In this document: piece by piece, positions 42,430-52,340 of the stretch
Layout of the letters: every line of letters begins with the position of its first letter
Position numbering within the stretch: the stretch's first letter is position 1
Assembly (NCBI GenBank): GCA_963737155.1
Contig: CAVTRN010000002.1
Location: 2,592,001 to 2,656,000 of the forward strand
Length of the DNA: 64,000 nt
Origin: Nitrospirota bacterium
Lineage (GTDB): Bacteria; Nitrospirota; UBA9217
Reading direction: 5' to 3'
Notes under the pieces: generated by a model
What the model saw: the letters and a program-made list of their open reading frames with translations, nothing else
The model's database searches: none
What the model was told of the DNA's origin: nothing
Translations under genes and position numbers: made by a program

Positions 42430-43062
42430 CTAAAACCTTTTTAACATCTTCGATACTTTTCTAAGATCTATCCCGCGATATTTTCCAGCATTTAACGTAG
42501 CGATAAAATTTTCATTAGTCACGCGGTCGTCAAATTCGGTATAACAGGAACCGACATCTTTCGATTCATGGGCATCGGACCCACCGGTATAGGGAATGTT
42601 CAGCATTTGCGCCGCATCTACGGCCCGCTTATTAAACGGGTGCATGTTGCATCCATTATATCCTTCCAGAGCTCGAATCCCTTTCACAGTCTTCACTAAG
42701 TCGCCGAGACTATTGACAGACCGATAGGGATGCGACGGGATAGCAACCCCTCCCGCCCGATTGACAGCCTGTATTACTTCTTCGGCAGGAGCATATTTGA
42801 GCGAAAGGTTGTCTGTGTTCAAGCCAAAGACCAGACAATGCCCCTCTGCAGTCGAAAACTCTACACCACGCAAAATCAGAATCCGGTCGCCGTACTTCTC
42901 CTTCAGAAGCTCAATCGGTTCAGATACCTCGTAATAATAATGCTCGGTAAAAGCGATCCCCTGCAAGCCATACTCTATGGCACGAATAACTGTTTCCTCG
43001 GGTTCAGAGTCATTGTCACCGCTGTATTTTGAATGAACGTGAAGATCAATCTTGAATTTCAT
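42430..43062 (-). CDS. PHP-domain phosphoesterase
   Basis: DLHVHS, TEH, GVE, GH, SHPYR and GGSDAH. Confidence 0.92.
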   Translation of the reverse strand: MKFKIDLHVHSKYSGDNDSEPEETVIRAIEYGLQGIAFTEHYYYEVSEPIELLKEKYGDRILILRGVEFSTAEGHCLVFGLNTDNLSLKYAPAEEVIQAVNRAGGVAIPSHPYRSVNSLGDLVKTVKGIRALEGYNGCNMHPFNKRAVDAAQMLNIPYTGGSDAHESKDVGSCYTEFDDRVTNENFIATLNAGKYRGIDLRKVSKMLKRF

Positions 43063-43129
43063 GCTTTATCGCTTCCGGAACCAGACAAGATGAAGATGAA
43101 AAACTCTCCCTTTCCTGGACCCTTAATTT

Positions 43130-43770
43130 ATTACTCAACGCTGACTGGGACAAACCTCTTCACAACTATGTTCGAATAAACCCATCTTGGCTTATGAATA
43201 AGCAAAAACCACAAATAATGAAATGCCCCGATTGAATTCAGCCCCCAATGCTGGTAAGTTTGTAACCGACGATGGCGATGAACAAATCGATCAAGAGTTG
43301 ATGGCATGCACGCGACAATGCCGCATCAGCAAAGATCGCATAAGAATTCAGTTTCTTCCCAACTTTTTCTTTTACCTGGATGAGCAGCACATGGACAGGA
43401 TGGCAATGATCGAGATGACAATTCCCCGAAAAGTATTTTACAGCACGTTTCCCCGATATATATCAATCAGGGACGTGAGAATTAATCCAGTCGTAAGAGC
43501 AGAAAAGCCGGCCCAGTTATTCGGAGTCCATGCTGCTCAAATCTGTCCAGTTTTTCAGCGCCTTTCTGTTTGATCCTTTGAACCATCAGTCAGATTCCAA
43601 ATTTCTGAAACCACCTCGACAAATGAGTCGAGTTCAAAACCGAAAAGCAATGCGATCTCATTTTGGGATCCAAACGGTGTCAAAACCAGATCTTCGGCAA
43701 TATTATTAAAAATGGTAACCTAACCTACGCCCAGTCAGATGCCAGGGCATAGAGTATGCGTTTGTCGGAT
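43130..43770 (-). pseudogene. Cation-transporter (CDF-like membrane protein) pseudogene
   Basis: Minus strand TIFNNIAEDLV...LFGFELDSFVEVVS and GIVISIIAILSM with multiple stops. Confidence 0.6.
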
Positions 43771-44616
43771 ATCAACTTTACCGCAATTGCCGTCATAGAG
43801 GCAGAAACTGCCGTCAGTGTAACTTGACTATATACCATGTTTAAGTATAGTTAATCAACATCAAATGGCGGCGCCGACTTGTTCGTCGTTTCAAGGTAAG
43901 GCTGGCATGAGGCCTTGATTTGGGCAACGTGGCGCCAAGTACCCGATCAGTTCGCATTATCTCAACGCGATGGAGGAATGAAGGTTCGAAAGCATTCTAA
44001 AGGTCCCCAATAGAGGCTATATGTAATCGATATGAAAAACTAACAAAAAAACACTCTTGGACTATTTGGTAAGAAGCGATATCACACATCGATCCTCCAC
44101 CTGATTTGGATTTGGACAGCATCACCTTTCGAAATGGCATAGTCATATTTTAGCCCCTAGTTATTTGGGCTAAAGCGACAGAAGCTTTCCCCGCCCCCTT
44201 CATTTTCCCACTTATCGATTAAACAACTTCCACCAGCGTCAGAGCTACTGAGGAACCAACCTACGGCTTCCGGCCGGAGGGGCCGGTCTTACCTGGTTTT
44301 CTTCGACCTCCCGGCTTCTTAGTACGGCTCTTTTTATTTTGTCGCTCACGATCTTACACTGCCGTGCAGTATACAACCGTCAGTAAACTTGATATAGATA
44401 ACCCCGGGGTTCACACATCTGCGCATTGATTTGCGATCATTGCCTCTCCGGGATCGAAAAAGAGATATGTGCAGCCGGGACCAATTAGTATTAGAATGAC
44501 GAGCAGCAGCGATGTTCCGACAGGAGAACCTCATGGGCGTAAAATCAGTAACGCAAGCCCCAATCTCCTTTCTTGAAAACCTTGATTTGCCGTATTCATC
44601 TTTCGTTTCCTCGTTA

Positions 44617-45060
44617 CTATTCCCGCGAATCGAGCCATATGGTCACCGGTCCGTCATTAATCAGGTATACAGCCATCATTGCCGAGAACACACCGGTCTG
44701 GACAGGAATACCAGTATCCTTCAGGCGTCTGATAAACTCATCGTATAAGCCCTTCGCGCGATCTGACACCTCGGCATTATCGAAAGATGGACGGTTCCCC
44801 TTTCGCGCTTCAGCTGCAAGAGTGAACTGCGATAGCACGAGCGCGGCGCCATGAATATCCATGAGCGACCAATTCATCTTGCCCTGGTCATCCTCGAAGA
44901 TCCTGAGCTGGGAAACCTTTTTTACCAGGTAGTCGAGATCCTTATCCCTATCACCTTTCATTGCACAAAGGAACACAACCAACCCCTTATCTATCTTGCC
45001 GGCAACTTGCCCGCCTACCTCGACGCTAGCTGATATAACCCGCTGAAGCAGCGCTATCAT
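44617..45060 (-). CDS. dtd: D-aminoacyl-tRNA deacylase
   Basis: QRV, SQFTL, GNRPSF and NDGPVT. Confidence 0.97.
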   Translation of the reverse strand: MIALLQRVISASVEVGGQVAGKIDKGLVVFLCAMKGDRDKDLDYLVKKVSQLRIFEDDQGKMNWSLMDIHGAALVLSQFTLAAEARKGNRPSFDNAEVSDRAKGLYDEFIRRLKDTGIPVQTGVFSAMMAVYLINDGPVTIWLDSRE

Positions 45061-45158
45061 GATCCAATTCTTAGCACGTTATTATCGAGGCTGTCAATGC
45101 CTTTCCGCACAAATTCCTTGCAATCCTCCATGCAAGGGCTTAAAATTCATTCTCTCGG

Positions 45159-46253
45159 ATGGGCAGGTACATCATAACCATGATAACGGATACTTCGCAA
45201 GCAACAATCGACCTCAAATCGCTCACACCTCGCGCAATTGACCGATTCTGCTGCGATAAATTAGGACAAAAACCGGGGCAGGGAACCCGTGTGGCAGTCT
45301 GGCTGTACCGAAAAAAAGAGGAAGCTTTTGACGCGATGGAGGACCTGAACAAACCGTTTCGTGAACAGCTCAAACGGCATAGCACGATTTCACAGCTCTC
45401 TATTGAGCAGCATCAGACGTCAGAAGACGGTACGGAAAAACTGCTCTATCGTTTCAATGACGGCAATGCGGTGGAGGGGGTCCTCATCCCCGGTCCAGCA
45501 GGCCGTCTAACGCTCTGCGTTTCGTCGCAGGTGGGCTGCGCATCTGGCTGCCATTTTTGCCTTGCTGGTTCCGGCGGACTCGTGAGAAACCTTACCGTCT
45601 CGGAGCTCGTGAACCAAGTTTTCGCAGCGCAAAAAAACGCATACGGAAAAACAATCTCGAATATTGTTTTGATGGGGACCGGCGAGCCGCTGGCCAACTA
45701 TGAGGTGGTCAAGTCTTTTATTGAAATCGTCACGGACCGGAACGGGATGGGCTTCTCACCGAGAAAGGTAACGATCTCGACGTGCGGCCTCGCACCGATG
45801 ATTGAGAAGCTTGCAGACGATAAAGTTGATGTCAGCCTCGCTGTTTCGCTTCATGCAACGACTGACGAGGTGAGGAACCGCATCATGCCAGTGAACAAAA
45901 CCTACCCCCTTGCCCGGCTCCTACGGTCTGTGCACTACTACTGTGATAAAACGGCCAGAACCGCGACGATTGAGTATGTGCTGTTCAAGGGGATTAACGA
46001 TTCACCTGATGATACAAAGCGTCTCATGGAACTGCTGAAAGACCTACCCTGTATGATAAATGTTCTTCTCTTCAATCCATTCCCCGGCTGTTCCTACCAA
46101 CGGCCCGATGAACAAAGCGCCTTCGTCATGCGCGACATGCTTGTGAATAACGGTTATGTAACTGTAGTCAGGAACAGCCGCGGCCGGGACATTCATGCAG
46201 CCTGCGGGCAGCTTAGGGCAACCGCTACCCGCGCTATGCAAAACATGGCTTAG
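45159..46253 (+). CDS. rlmN: 23S rRNA (A2503-C2) methyltransferase, radical SAM
   Basis: CVSSQVGCxxGCxFC, MGTGEP, SLHA and AACGQL. Confidence 0.92.
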   Translation: MGRYIITMITDTSQATIDLKSLTPRAIDRFCCDKLGQKPGQGTRVAVWLYRKKEEAFDAMEDLNKPFREQLKRHSTISQLSIEQHQTSEDGTEKLLYRFNDGNAVEGVLIPGPAGRLTLCVSSQVGCASGCHFCLAGSGGLVRNLTVSELVNQVFAAQKNAYGKTISNIVLMGTGEPLANYEVVKSFIEIVTDRNGMGFSPRKVTISTCGLAPMIEKLADDKVDVSLAVSLHATTDEVRNRIMPVNKTYPLARLLRSVHYYCDKTARTATIEYVLFKGINDSPDDTKRLMELLKDLPCMINVLLFNPFPGCSYQRPDEQSAFVMRDMLVNNGYVTVVRNSRGRDIHAACGQLRATATRAMQNMA

Positions 46254-46752
46254 TATTCCTCTGCATGTTACACCTAGCTTTTTTTCTGTTCCAAAGAAAA
46301 TGATCAGGTGGAAAAAGCAGTTCATGTCAAGTAAGATTGACATTAAAGCCGCTTCAGGATTCAGTTTAGGTAGCCACTCGATATAGAGTCATCCTTCTGA
46401 GACCTTATTATAGATTAACCCATTGAGATTGCATGCTTTTTATCCTTAACTACCTGCTTTAGCGACTCATATCCTCAGCTGTTTTGGGGCTACCTACAAT
46501 CATTACGGTAGGACCGCATTAAATAAGAAAAAGCATGGCTCGGTTTTAGAACGAATTTGTAATTAGTAAATCGTATTTTTCGCGCACGATAATACCATCC
46601 CCCGTCAAAATACTTTGGACCCGATTATAATAATCATGACTGACGTCAGCGGAAACAAACATAAATTTAATTCAGATTTTGACAAACTGCGAAAAATAAG
46701 TAATAATAGATTGGTTCCGTATCTACTGCCACACCATCGTTAAAGAGGATCG

Positions 46753-47457
46753 ATGAGTCCTGCAGGCGCACAAACCATCCGCATTCTCGTTGTTGATGAC
46801 GAACCCGATCTCGTTGAGCTTGTAACATACAACCTCACGCGTGAAGGGCTAAGAGTCTCTTCAGCGCCAGATGCTGAAGAAGCTCTGGATATGATCAAAA
46901 AGGTCGATTTCAGCCTCATCATTCTCGATCGTATGCTTCCCGGCCTCCAGGGGACCGAACTCTGCCGCATCATCAGAAGCAACCCGAAAACGGCATCCAT
47001 CCCAATAATCATGTTAACCGCCAAGGGTGAGGTGGCCGACAAAATTCAAGGTCTCGAAACAGGCGCCGATGATTATATGACTAAACCGTTTAGCCCAAAG
47101 GAGCTCATCGCGCGCGTGAATGCCGTGCTTCGGAGGAGCTCAGACAAGACAACTCGGGAAAATATCATCACCCTCGGGAACCTCCGCATCGACAGGGAGC
47201 GGTATGTTGTTCTCAAAAACAATGTCCCGCTGAACCTCAGTTCGACCGAGTTCAAACTCCTGCTCTATCTTGTTGAACGGAGAGGCAGGGTTTTCAGCCG
47301 GGACCAACTGCTCGACGCAATATGGCAAAACGACACCTTCGTGGAGCCTAGGACAGTCGACGTCCACGTCCGGAGGCTTAGGACACAGATTGAGGACAAC
47401 CCATCAAATCCCACGTACATCAAAACCCGAAGAGGCGTGGGCTATTATGTCGGGTAA
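46753..47457 (+). CDS. phoB: PhoB/PhoP-like OmpR-family response regulator
   Basis: REC domain (DD, LDRMLP, TKPFS) and wHTH RTVDVHVRRLR. Paired with a PhoR-like kinase. Confidence 0.8.
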   Translation: MSPAGAQTIRILVVDDEPDLVELVTYNLTREGLRVSSAPDAEEALDMIKKVDFSLIILDRMLPGLQGTELCRIIRSNPKTASIPIIMLTAKGEVADKIQGLETGADDYMTKPFSPKELIARVNAVLRRSSDKTTRENIITLGNLRIDRERYVVLKNNVPLNLSSTEFKLLLYLVERRGRVFSRDQLLDAIWQNDTFVEPRTVDVHVRRLRTQIEDNPSNPTYIKTRRGVGYYVG

Positions 47458-49207
47458 TCACGCAGAAAACCGCGGCATTTTCAAACGCACATTTATTATC
47501 TACGCTGCTATCCTGCTTCTGGCGGCGATTGCCGTCGAACTGTATATCCCTGATGCGGTCGGTGATAGTTATATTGCCGATCTCCAGAAAAATCTTGTAG
47601 CAGAAGCCAGGCTTATGTCAATCATGCAGCCGTTCAAGGCAACTCCACCACTCGACAATCTCTGCCGTCAATACAAGGAAAAAACAGGTGCAAGGACAAC
47701 AATAATAGCATTTGATGGAAAGGTTCTCGGCGACTCGGACACTGATTCAACCGGCATGGACAACCATGAGCATCGTCAGGAGATTCAGCAGGCAGGACTG
47801 AACGAAACGGGATCGGCTATCCGATTCAGCGACACGCTGAAGCATAATTCTCTATATGTGGCGCTGAAGGTCATGAACGGAAAACAACCGCAGGGCTTCA
47901 TCCGCCTGAGCGTGCCACTCACGGAAGTCGACCGGACCGTTAACCTGCTCAGGGTCAAGATCATCATCGTTTTACTGGTGGTCCTGCTAATGGCAGCCCT
48001 CTTTTCATTCCGGCAGTTAAATCGCGTCAGGAGATTAACAGACCGTATACAAGACTTTACCCGCAATGTCACCCGCGGAGAACTGGGGAAAAAATTTTTT
48101 ATAGAAAGCGCCGGAGAATTTGATGAGATCGCCGATAGCCTAAACAACATGTCCACTGAGCTGCTCAACAGCATCGCCGACAGCGAAGAGGAAAAAAACC
48201 GGCTCAATGTCATTCTCCGAAGCATCCCTGATGCGCTCTTCATCATCGATGCGAAAGGCGTCATTCTCATGGCGAGTTCGGCCGCAAACGATATGTTCGG
48301 AAGTCTCACATTTACGGGCAGGCCGTTCATCGAAGTGGTACGAAATAACGAATTTTTTTCACTGATCGAGCAGGTTCGCGAGCGCCACGAACCAGGGGTG
48401 ACTGAGTTTCCGATCGAGTATCCGGAAGAGCGGTACTGCGTCGTCAGGGTATCGCCGCTTATGTATCGCCGCGAAGACGTCCTGTCCGGCTTTGTGGCCA
48501 TCTTCCACGACATCACTCAATTGAACAAGCTAGAACAGACACGCAAGGATTTCGTCGCCAACATATCTCATGAGCTCAAAACACCGATTACCGCCATCAC
48601 AGGATTCGCGGAAACCCTGCTGGAAGGAGCGCTTGACGACAAACAGCATGCCATAAAATTCCTACAGACCATCAAGGCGAACAGCGAGCGAATTAATGGC
48701 CTCGTAGACGATCTCATGATGATTTCGAAAATCGAATTGGGCGTTATCAAAGTTATGAAAACGTCGGTCCGGTTCGCAGAAGTGGCCGAGAGCGTTCTGG
48801 CCATACTGAAAAACAAGGCCGTGGAAAAGAAACTATCGCTGACAATGTCGGTACAGCAGAACAGGGAGGTCATCCAAGCGGACCGGGATCGGCTTACTCA
48901 GATACTAACCAATCTTGTGGATAACGGGATCAAGTTTACCGAGCGTGGCGGCATCATATTTGGCACCGAAGAGGAGAACGGCAAGACCGTTATTTTCGTG
49001 GCCGACACCGGCATCGGCGTGCCACAGAAAAACCTGCCCCGACTTGGCGAACGGTTCTATCGCGTAGACGCCGGCCGTTCGCGGAACATGGGTGGCACCG
49101 GCCTCGGCCTCGCCATCGTCAAACATCTGGTGAAGGCGCATGGATGGGACTTACAGATCGAGAACAATACAGGGAAAGGGTTAAAGGTCAGGATTATCAT
49201 CCCGTGA
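47447..49207 (+). CDS. phoR: PhoR-like sensor histidine kinase (HAMP-PAS-HisKA-HATPase)
   Basis: RKDFVANISHELKTP, ERFYRVD..RSR..GGTGLGLAIVKH and a periplasmic DNHEHRQE motif. Confidence 0.82.
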   Translation: MSGNHAENRGIFKRTFIIYAAILLLAAIAVELYIPDAVGDSYIADLQKNLVAEARLMSIMQPFKATPPLDNLCRQYKEKTGARTTIIAFDGKVLGDSDTDSTGMDNHEHRQEIQQAGLNETGSAIRFSDTLKHNSLYVALKVMNGKQPQGFIRLSVPLTEVDRTVNLLRVKIIIVLLVVLLMAALFSFRQLNRVRRLTDRIQDFTRNVTRGELGKKFFIESAGEFDEIADSLNNMSTELLNSIADSEEEKNRLNVILRSIPDALFIIDAKGVILMASSAANDMFGSLTFTGRPFIEVVRNNEFFSLIEQVRERHEPGVTEFPIEYPEERYCVVRVSPLMYRREDVLSGFVAIFHDITQLNKLEQTRKDFVANISHELKTPITAITGFAETLLEGALDDKQHAIKFLQTIKANSERINGLVDDLMMISKIELGVIKVMKTSVRFAEVAESVLAILKNKAVEKKLSLTMSVQQNREVIQADRDRLTQILTNLVDNGIKFTERGGIIFGTEEENGKTVIFVADTGIGVPQKNLPRLGERFYRVDAGRSRNMGGTGLGLAIVKHLVKAHGWDLQIENNTGKGLKVRIIIP

Positions 49208-49689
49208 GGCGACGCTTCGCAGTGTGGCTGTGCGACATTCGCATCTATCGTGTTATCAATTTCGTCGTTTCGGGCTTAAGTCTGGGTCCCCCAATATGCT
49301 GATATATGCTGCTTTCACACTGAAAGGGATAACTAACCGATTATAAAAAGTTTTCAATCCCTTAGGCAGTGGGTCATAAACTTGAGACGGCAGAGAGAAT
49401 TCATTTGGCGCGGTTCTCTCCTACCGATCACCTTCAATCCGTTGCACGGCTTCTGAATATGTCCGGACCGGTCGGGATGCCGCGATAAAGTATTCCTGCC
49501 CAGTTCCATGAACAACATGAACAAGCAGAATCATTCATGCACCAGAAAAGATGCTGCCAACAGGTCGGTTCTCATCAGGTTCATGCGAGCCATCATATCA
49601 GGATTCCTGGCACATCCTGGCCTAAATCTGCAGAACATCGCGCGAACAAGTTGTAATTCCGTAGTAGAAGTGCTTTTTCATCTCAGTGT

Positions 49690-50259
49690 TTAAATCCACT
49701 TTATCTTCGGTTCCTTCTTGGCAGGACGCTGCGTCTCGCCTTTGGGATAACCAAGCAGAATGGGGCCGAAGATCGCGTCCCCTTCCTTTAATTCAAGGAG
49801 TCTCCGCACCTCCGGATCATCAGTCACCATAGCGCCAAAACCGACCCAGCAACTACCTAAACCCAGTGAATGCGCGGCAAGCATCATGTTTTCACATGCC
49901 AGAGGGCAGGAATGGCCCGCATACCTCCCGTCGCCAACGACGAAGACAATCGTGGGAGCGGAGTAATACACGGGATCCGGCAGCTCAGCATAGCGCTTTT
50001 TGATCATGGCATAGCGCTCCGGATCGACATCTTTCACTGCTTCCGTGATTTTTTTCGCTTGCGGCAGGGCAGCGCTGAGAAGCTTCCTCTTCGCCCCTTC
50101 GCCCTCCACCACGACGAACCTCCAAGGTTGGCTGTTCATAGCTGAGGGCGCCTCGTTTCCAGCCTCAAGAACTGTGTTCAGAATATCCCTTGAAATCTTC
50201 CGCACGTCATAGGACCGCACGGATCGCCTTTTTCTTATTGCTTCCAATACATCGTTCAT
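49690..50259 (-). CDS. Nitroreductase family protein
   Basis: RRSVRSY, APSAMNSQPW and LAAHSLGLGSCW. Confidence 0.93.
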   Translation of the reverse strand: MNDVLEAIRKRRSVRSYDVRKISRDILNTVLEAGNEAPSAMNSQPWRFVVVEGEGAKRKLLSAALPQAKKITEAVKDVDPERYAMIKKRYAELPDPVYYSAPTIVFVVGDGRYAGHSCPLACENMMLAAHSLGLGSCWVGFGAMVTDDPEVRRLLELKEGDAIFGPILLGYPKGETQRPAKKEPKIKWI

Positions 50260-50573
50260 GGCTTTCTCCTCCTTGCAGGACAGACATTATCGCGGCATTT
50301 ATTATTGATCCTACACTTTGCTAAAATTGTACCCATTATTTGAAAGTTGTCAATGGCTCAAAAAGGATGGTGCTGCGGATGGTGCATCAATCCCGTGATA
50401 AATAGCCACTGTTCCCGAAGCTTTAGATGGAAAGTACTACCATTGGTGTTGAGCATATCACGCTGGTGATCATTTGTCCACTAATTTGCAATAAAATCTC
50501 CTTCGATTGCTTCGCGACCGGTATGTCTTATCGCGCCCTGAAGAGACCGAGCTTTACGGCACAAGAGAACAGA

Positions 50574-50630
50574 TGTAACACAACTGTAACAATTCCGTAA
50601 CACTATTTTAATAATTTGAATTTATGATAA
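50574..50630 (+). promoter_or_regulatory. OmpR/PhoB-type box (11-bp-phased direct repeats) and -10
   Basis: TGTAACA(50574), TGTAACA(50585), CGTAACA(50596) and TTTAATA(50607), then TGATAAT. Confidence 0.7.
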
Positions 50631-50646
50631 TGATGTATTAAGAAAG

Positions 50647-50964
50647 GTGTCACAGGGGATGGTAACTTCAGATGAACTCAGGTGCCCGGTGTGCCGCTCG
50701 GAAGCGGTATATAAGTATGGCCACATCAAAACTGGGAAGCAGCGACTCAAATGCGTGCTTTGCGGAAGACAGTTTGTTCTCGGCTTTGCGCGAGGCGAAT
50801 TGAAAAATCGTCCTAACTGTCCTCAGTGCGGCCTGAAAATGCACCTGTATATGCACGACAAACAAGGGTTGCGATTCAGGTGCTCGGATTACCCTGCATG
50901 CAAAACCTATGAAAAAATTCCACACGAAAAGGAGGCAACGAATCATGAATTGTTATGTTCATAA
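50647..50964 (+). CDS. Double zinc-ribbon protein (InsA-like + topoisomerase-I-like C4)
   Basis: CPVC..KYG..TGKQRLKCVLCGRQF and CPQCG..M...CSDYPAC. Confidence 0.75.
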   Translation: MSQGMVTSDELRCPVCRSEAVYKYGHIKTGKQRLKCVLCGRQFVLGFARGELKNRPNCPQCGLKMHLYMHDKQGLRFRCSDYPACKTYEKIPHEKEATNHELLCS

Positions 50965-51316
50965 TGTCCCCGGAAGGTTGCGGATCAAAAATTCGTTGTT
51001 TAAGAATAGCGCCATACATTATGAGGTTCAAAAAACTCTCGTGAATATGGGCCATGGAATAGGTACGGCCGAATTCAATTCCACGACTGGCAGTCTTCTG
51101 ATTCATTATAATCAAGCGGAAATCCGGCACCAGGACATCCTGAGTACTCTCGAGCGGACCGGTTTTTATCATCCTGAGAAAACCGTGACCAACGATCAGG
51201 TGATTCATCAGGCAACCGCAAAGGCATTCAACATCGTCACCAAGGCGGTTACCGGCGCTTTTATCGAAACCGCGCTGCAGGGAACGGGGTTATCGTTCCT
51301 GGCAATATTATTGTAA
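50945..51316 (+). CDS. HMA2-domain protein (FezC-like)
   Basis: HNVPGRLRIK...NSTTGSLLIHY, a hydrophobic C-terminus and a GGAGG RBS. Confidence 0.8.
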   Translation: MNCYVHNVPGRLRIKNSLFKNSAIHYEVQKTLVNMGHGIGTAEFNSTTGSLLIHYNQAEIRHQDILSTLERTGFYHPEKTVTNDQVIHQATAKAFNIVTKAVTGAFIETALQGTGLSFLAILL

Positions 51317-51567
51317 CGGCCTATCCGGCCATTGTTTTCCCCGCCTTTTCAAGGAAGCGGCAGTGTTGCTGCCATTTCCTATCCTTTCCCTCTCAAACAA
51401 TAATCCAGAGAATTCAGAGATACATGCCGTCCTCTAAGACCGTAAAAACGTCAGGTCCTTTGATTGTTACTGATGATAATAGTTCACCTCGATCTTGCGT
51501 TTCTCTTTTTTTAAGAAATGCGTTAAGTGTCTCGACCCGCATCCGGCGCCGTTTGTGGATCACATAC

Positions 51568-52338
51568 TCATCCAACTTTGACAGCAAGATAATCGTAGAG
51601 CGGACGCTGAGGATCGTATATCATCGTGGACCGGTATACAAACCAATAGCCCAACCTCTCAAATGATGATTGTTGTTTCAGGAGATGAGAAACGCCAACA
51701 TCATTTTCCAGGGCCGAGGACAATTCCGAATTTGGCGAGAGCACAATCGGCGGTTGACCCGGTTGGCTCACGATGAGCACAGGAACAATCTGCAGGCCGG
51801 CAGGCGCGAAACCGGCCGCCGCCTGCCGTGCTTCCAGACGCACCATTCGCGCACGTGCTTCCGGCATCCCCGCCTCAATCGCCGTAGACACCCAATCCAG
51901 CAGGCGATTGCGCACATCGGCGATATCATCCGCGCCCGAAATCGCCTGGATACCTTCTTCTTTTTTAATGGCCGATACTAGCGCGGAGACCTCCTTGAGA
52001 TAAGCCACTTTTTGGGAATCAGGCACATAGTACATGACCACCAGGTGAACTTTTTGATCGTCGGGCGAACCATAATCGATCCCTGTAGGGCTCCAACCCA
52101 CCGCGCACCATAATTCTCCCACTCCGGCGGCACGCGTATGCGGGCAGGCCACTCCCAAACCGACCCCGGTGTTTCCCTCTCGCTCTCGAACCAGCACGTC
52201 CTCATCAACCTGAAGATGCCCCCCCAATTCTGGGATACCCTCGATGAGATGCGCAAGGTATCGCAATGATTTTTCTTTATCGCTGTCGGGAAGTTCCACG
52301 AGCCTGCCGTCCTTGAGCGCCGTCAAAAGACTTTTCAT
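51568..52338 (-). CDS. PTS EIIA (Ntr/Fru-type) domain protein with C-terminal extension
   Basis: RE...TGVGLGVACPH (phospho-His) and GIDYGSPDDQKVHL. Confidence 0.85.
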   Translation of the reverse strand: MKSLLTALKDGRLVELPDSDKEKSLRYLAHLIEGIPELGGHLQVDEDVLVREREGNTGVGLGVACPHTRAAGVGELWCAVGWSPTGIDYGSPDDQKVHLVVMYYVPDSQKVAYLKEVSALVSAIKKEEGIQAISGADDIADVRNRLLDWVSTAIEAGMPEARARMVRLEARQAAAGFAPAGLQIVPVLIVSQPGQPPIVLSPNSELSSALENDVGVSHLLKQQSSFERLGYWFVYRSTMIYDPQRPLYDYLAVKVG

Positions 52339-52340
52339 GC

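Noticed and set aside
43979-44014. MKVR... mini-ORF as ribosomal protein L36
   Set aside because: It stops after 11 codons and lacks the rest of the L36 sequence.
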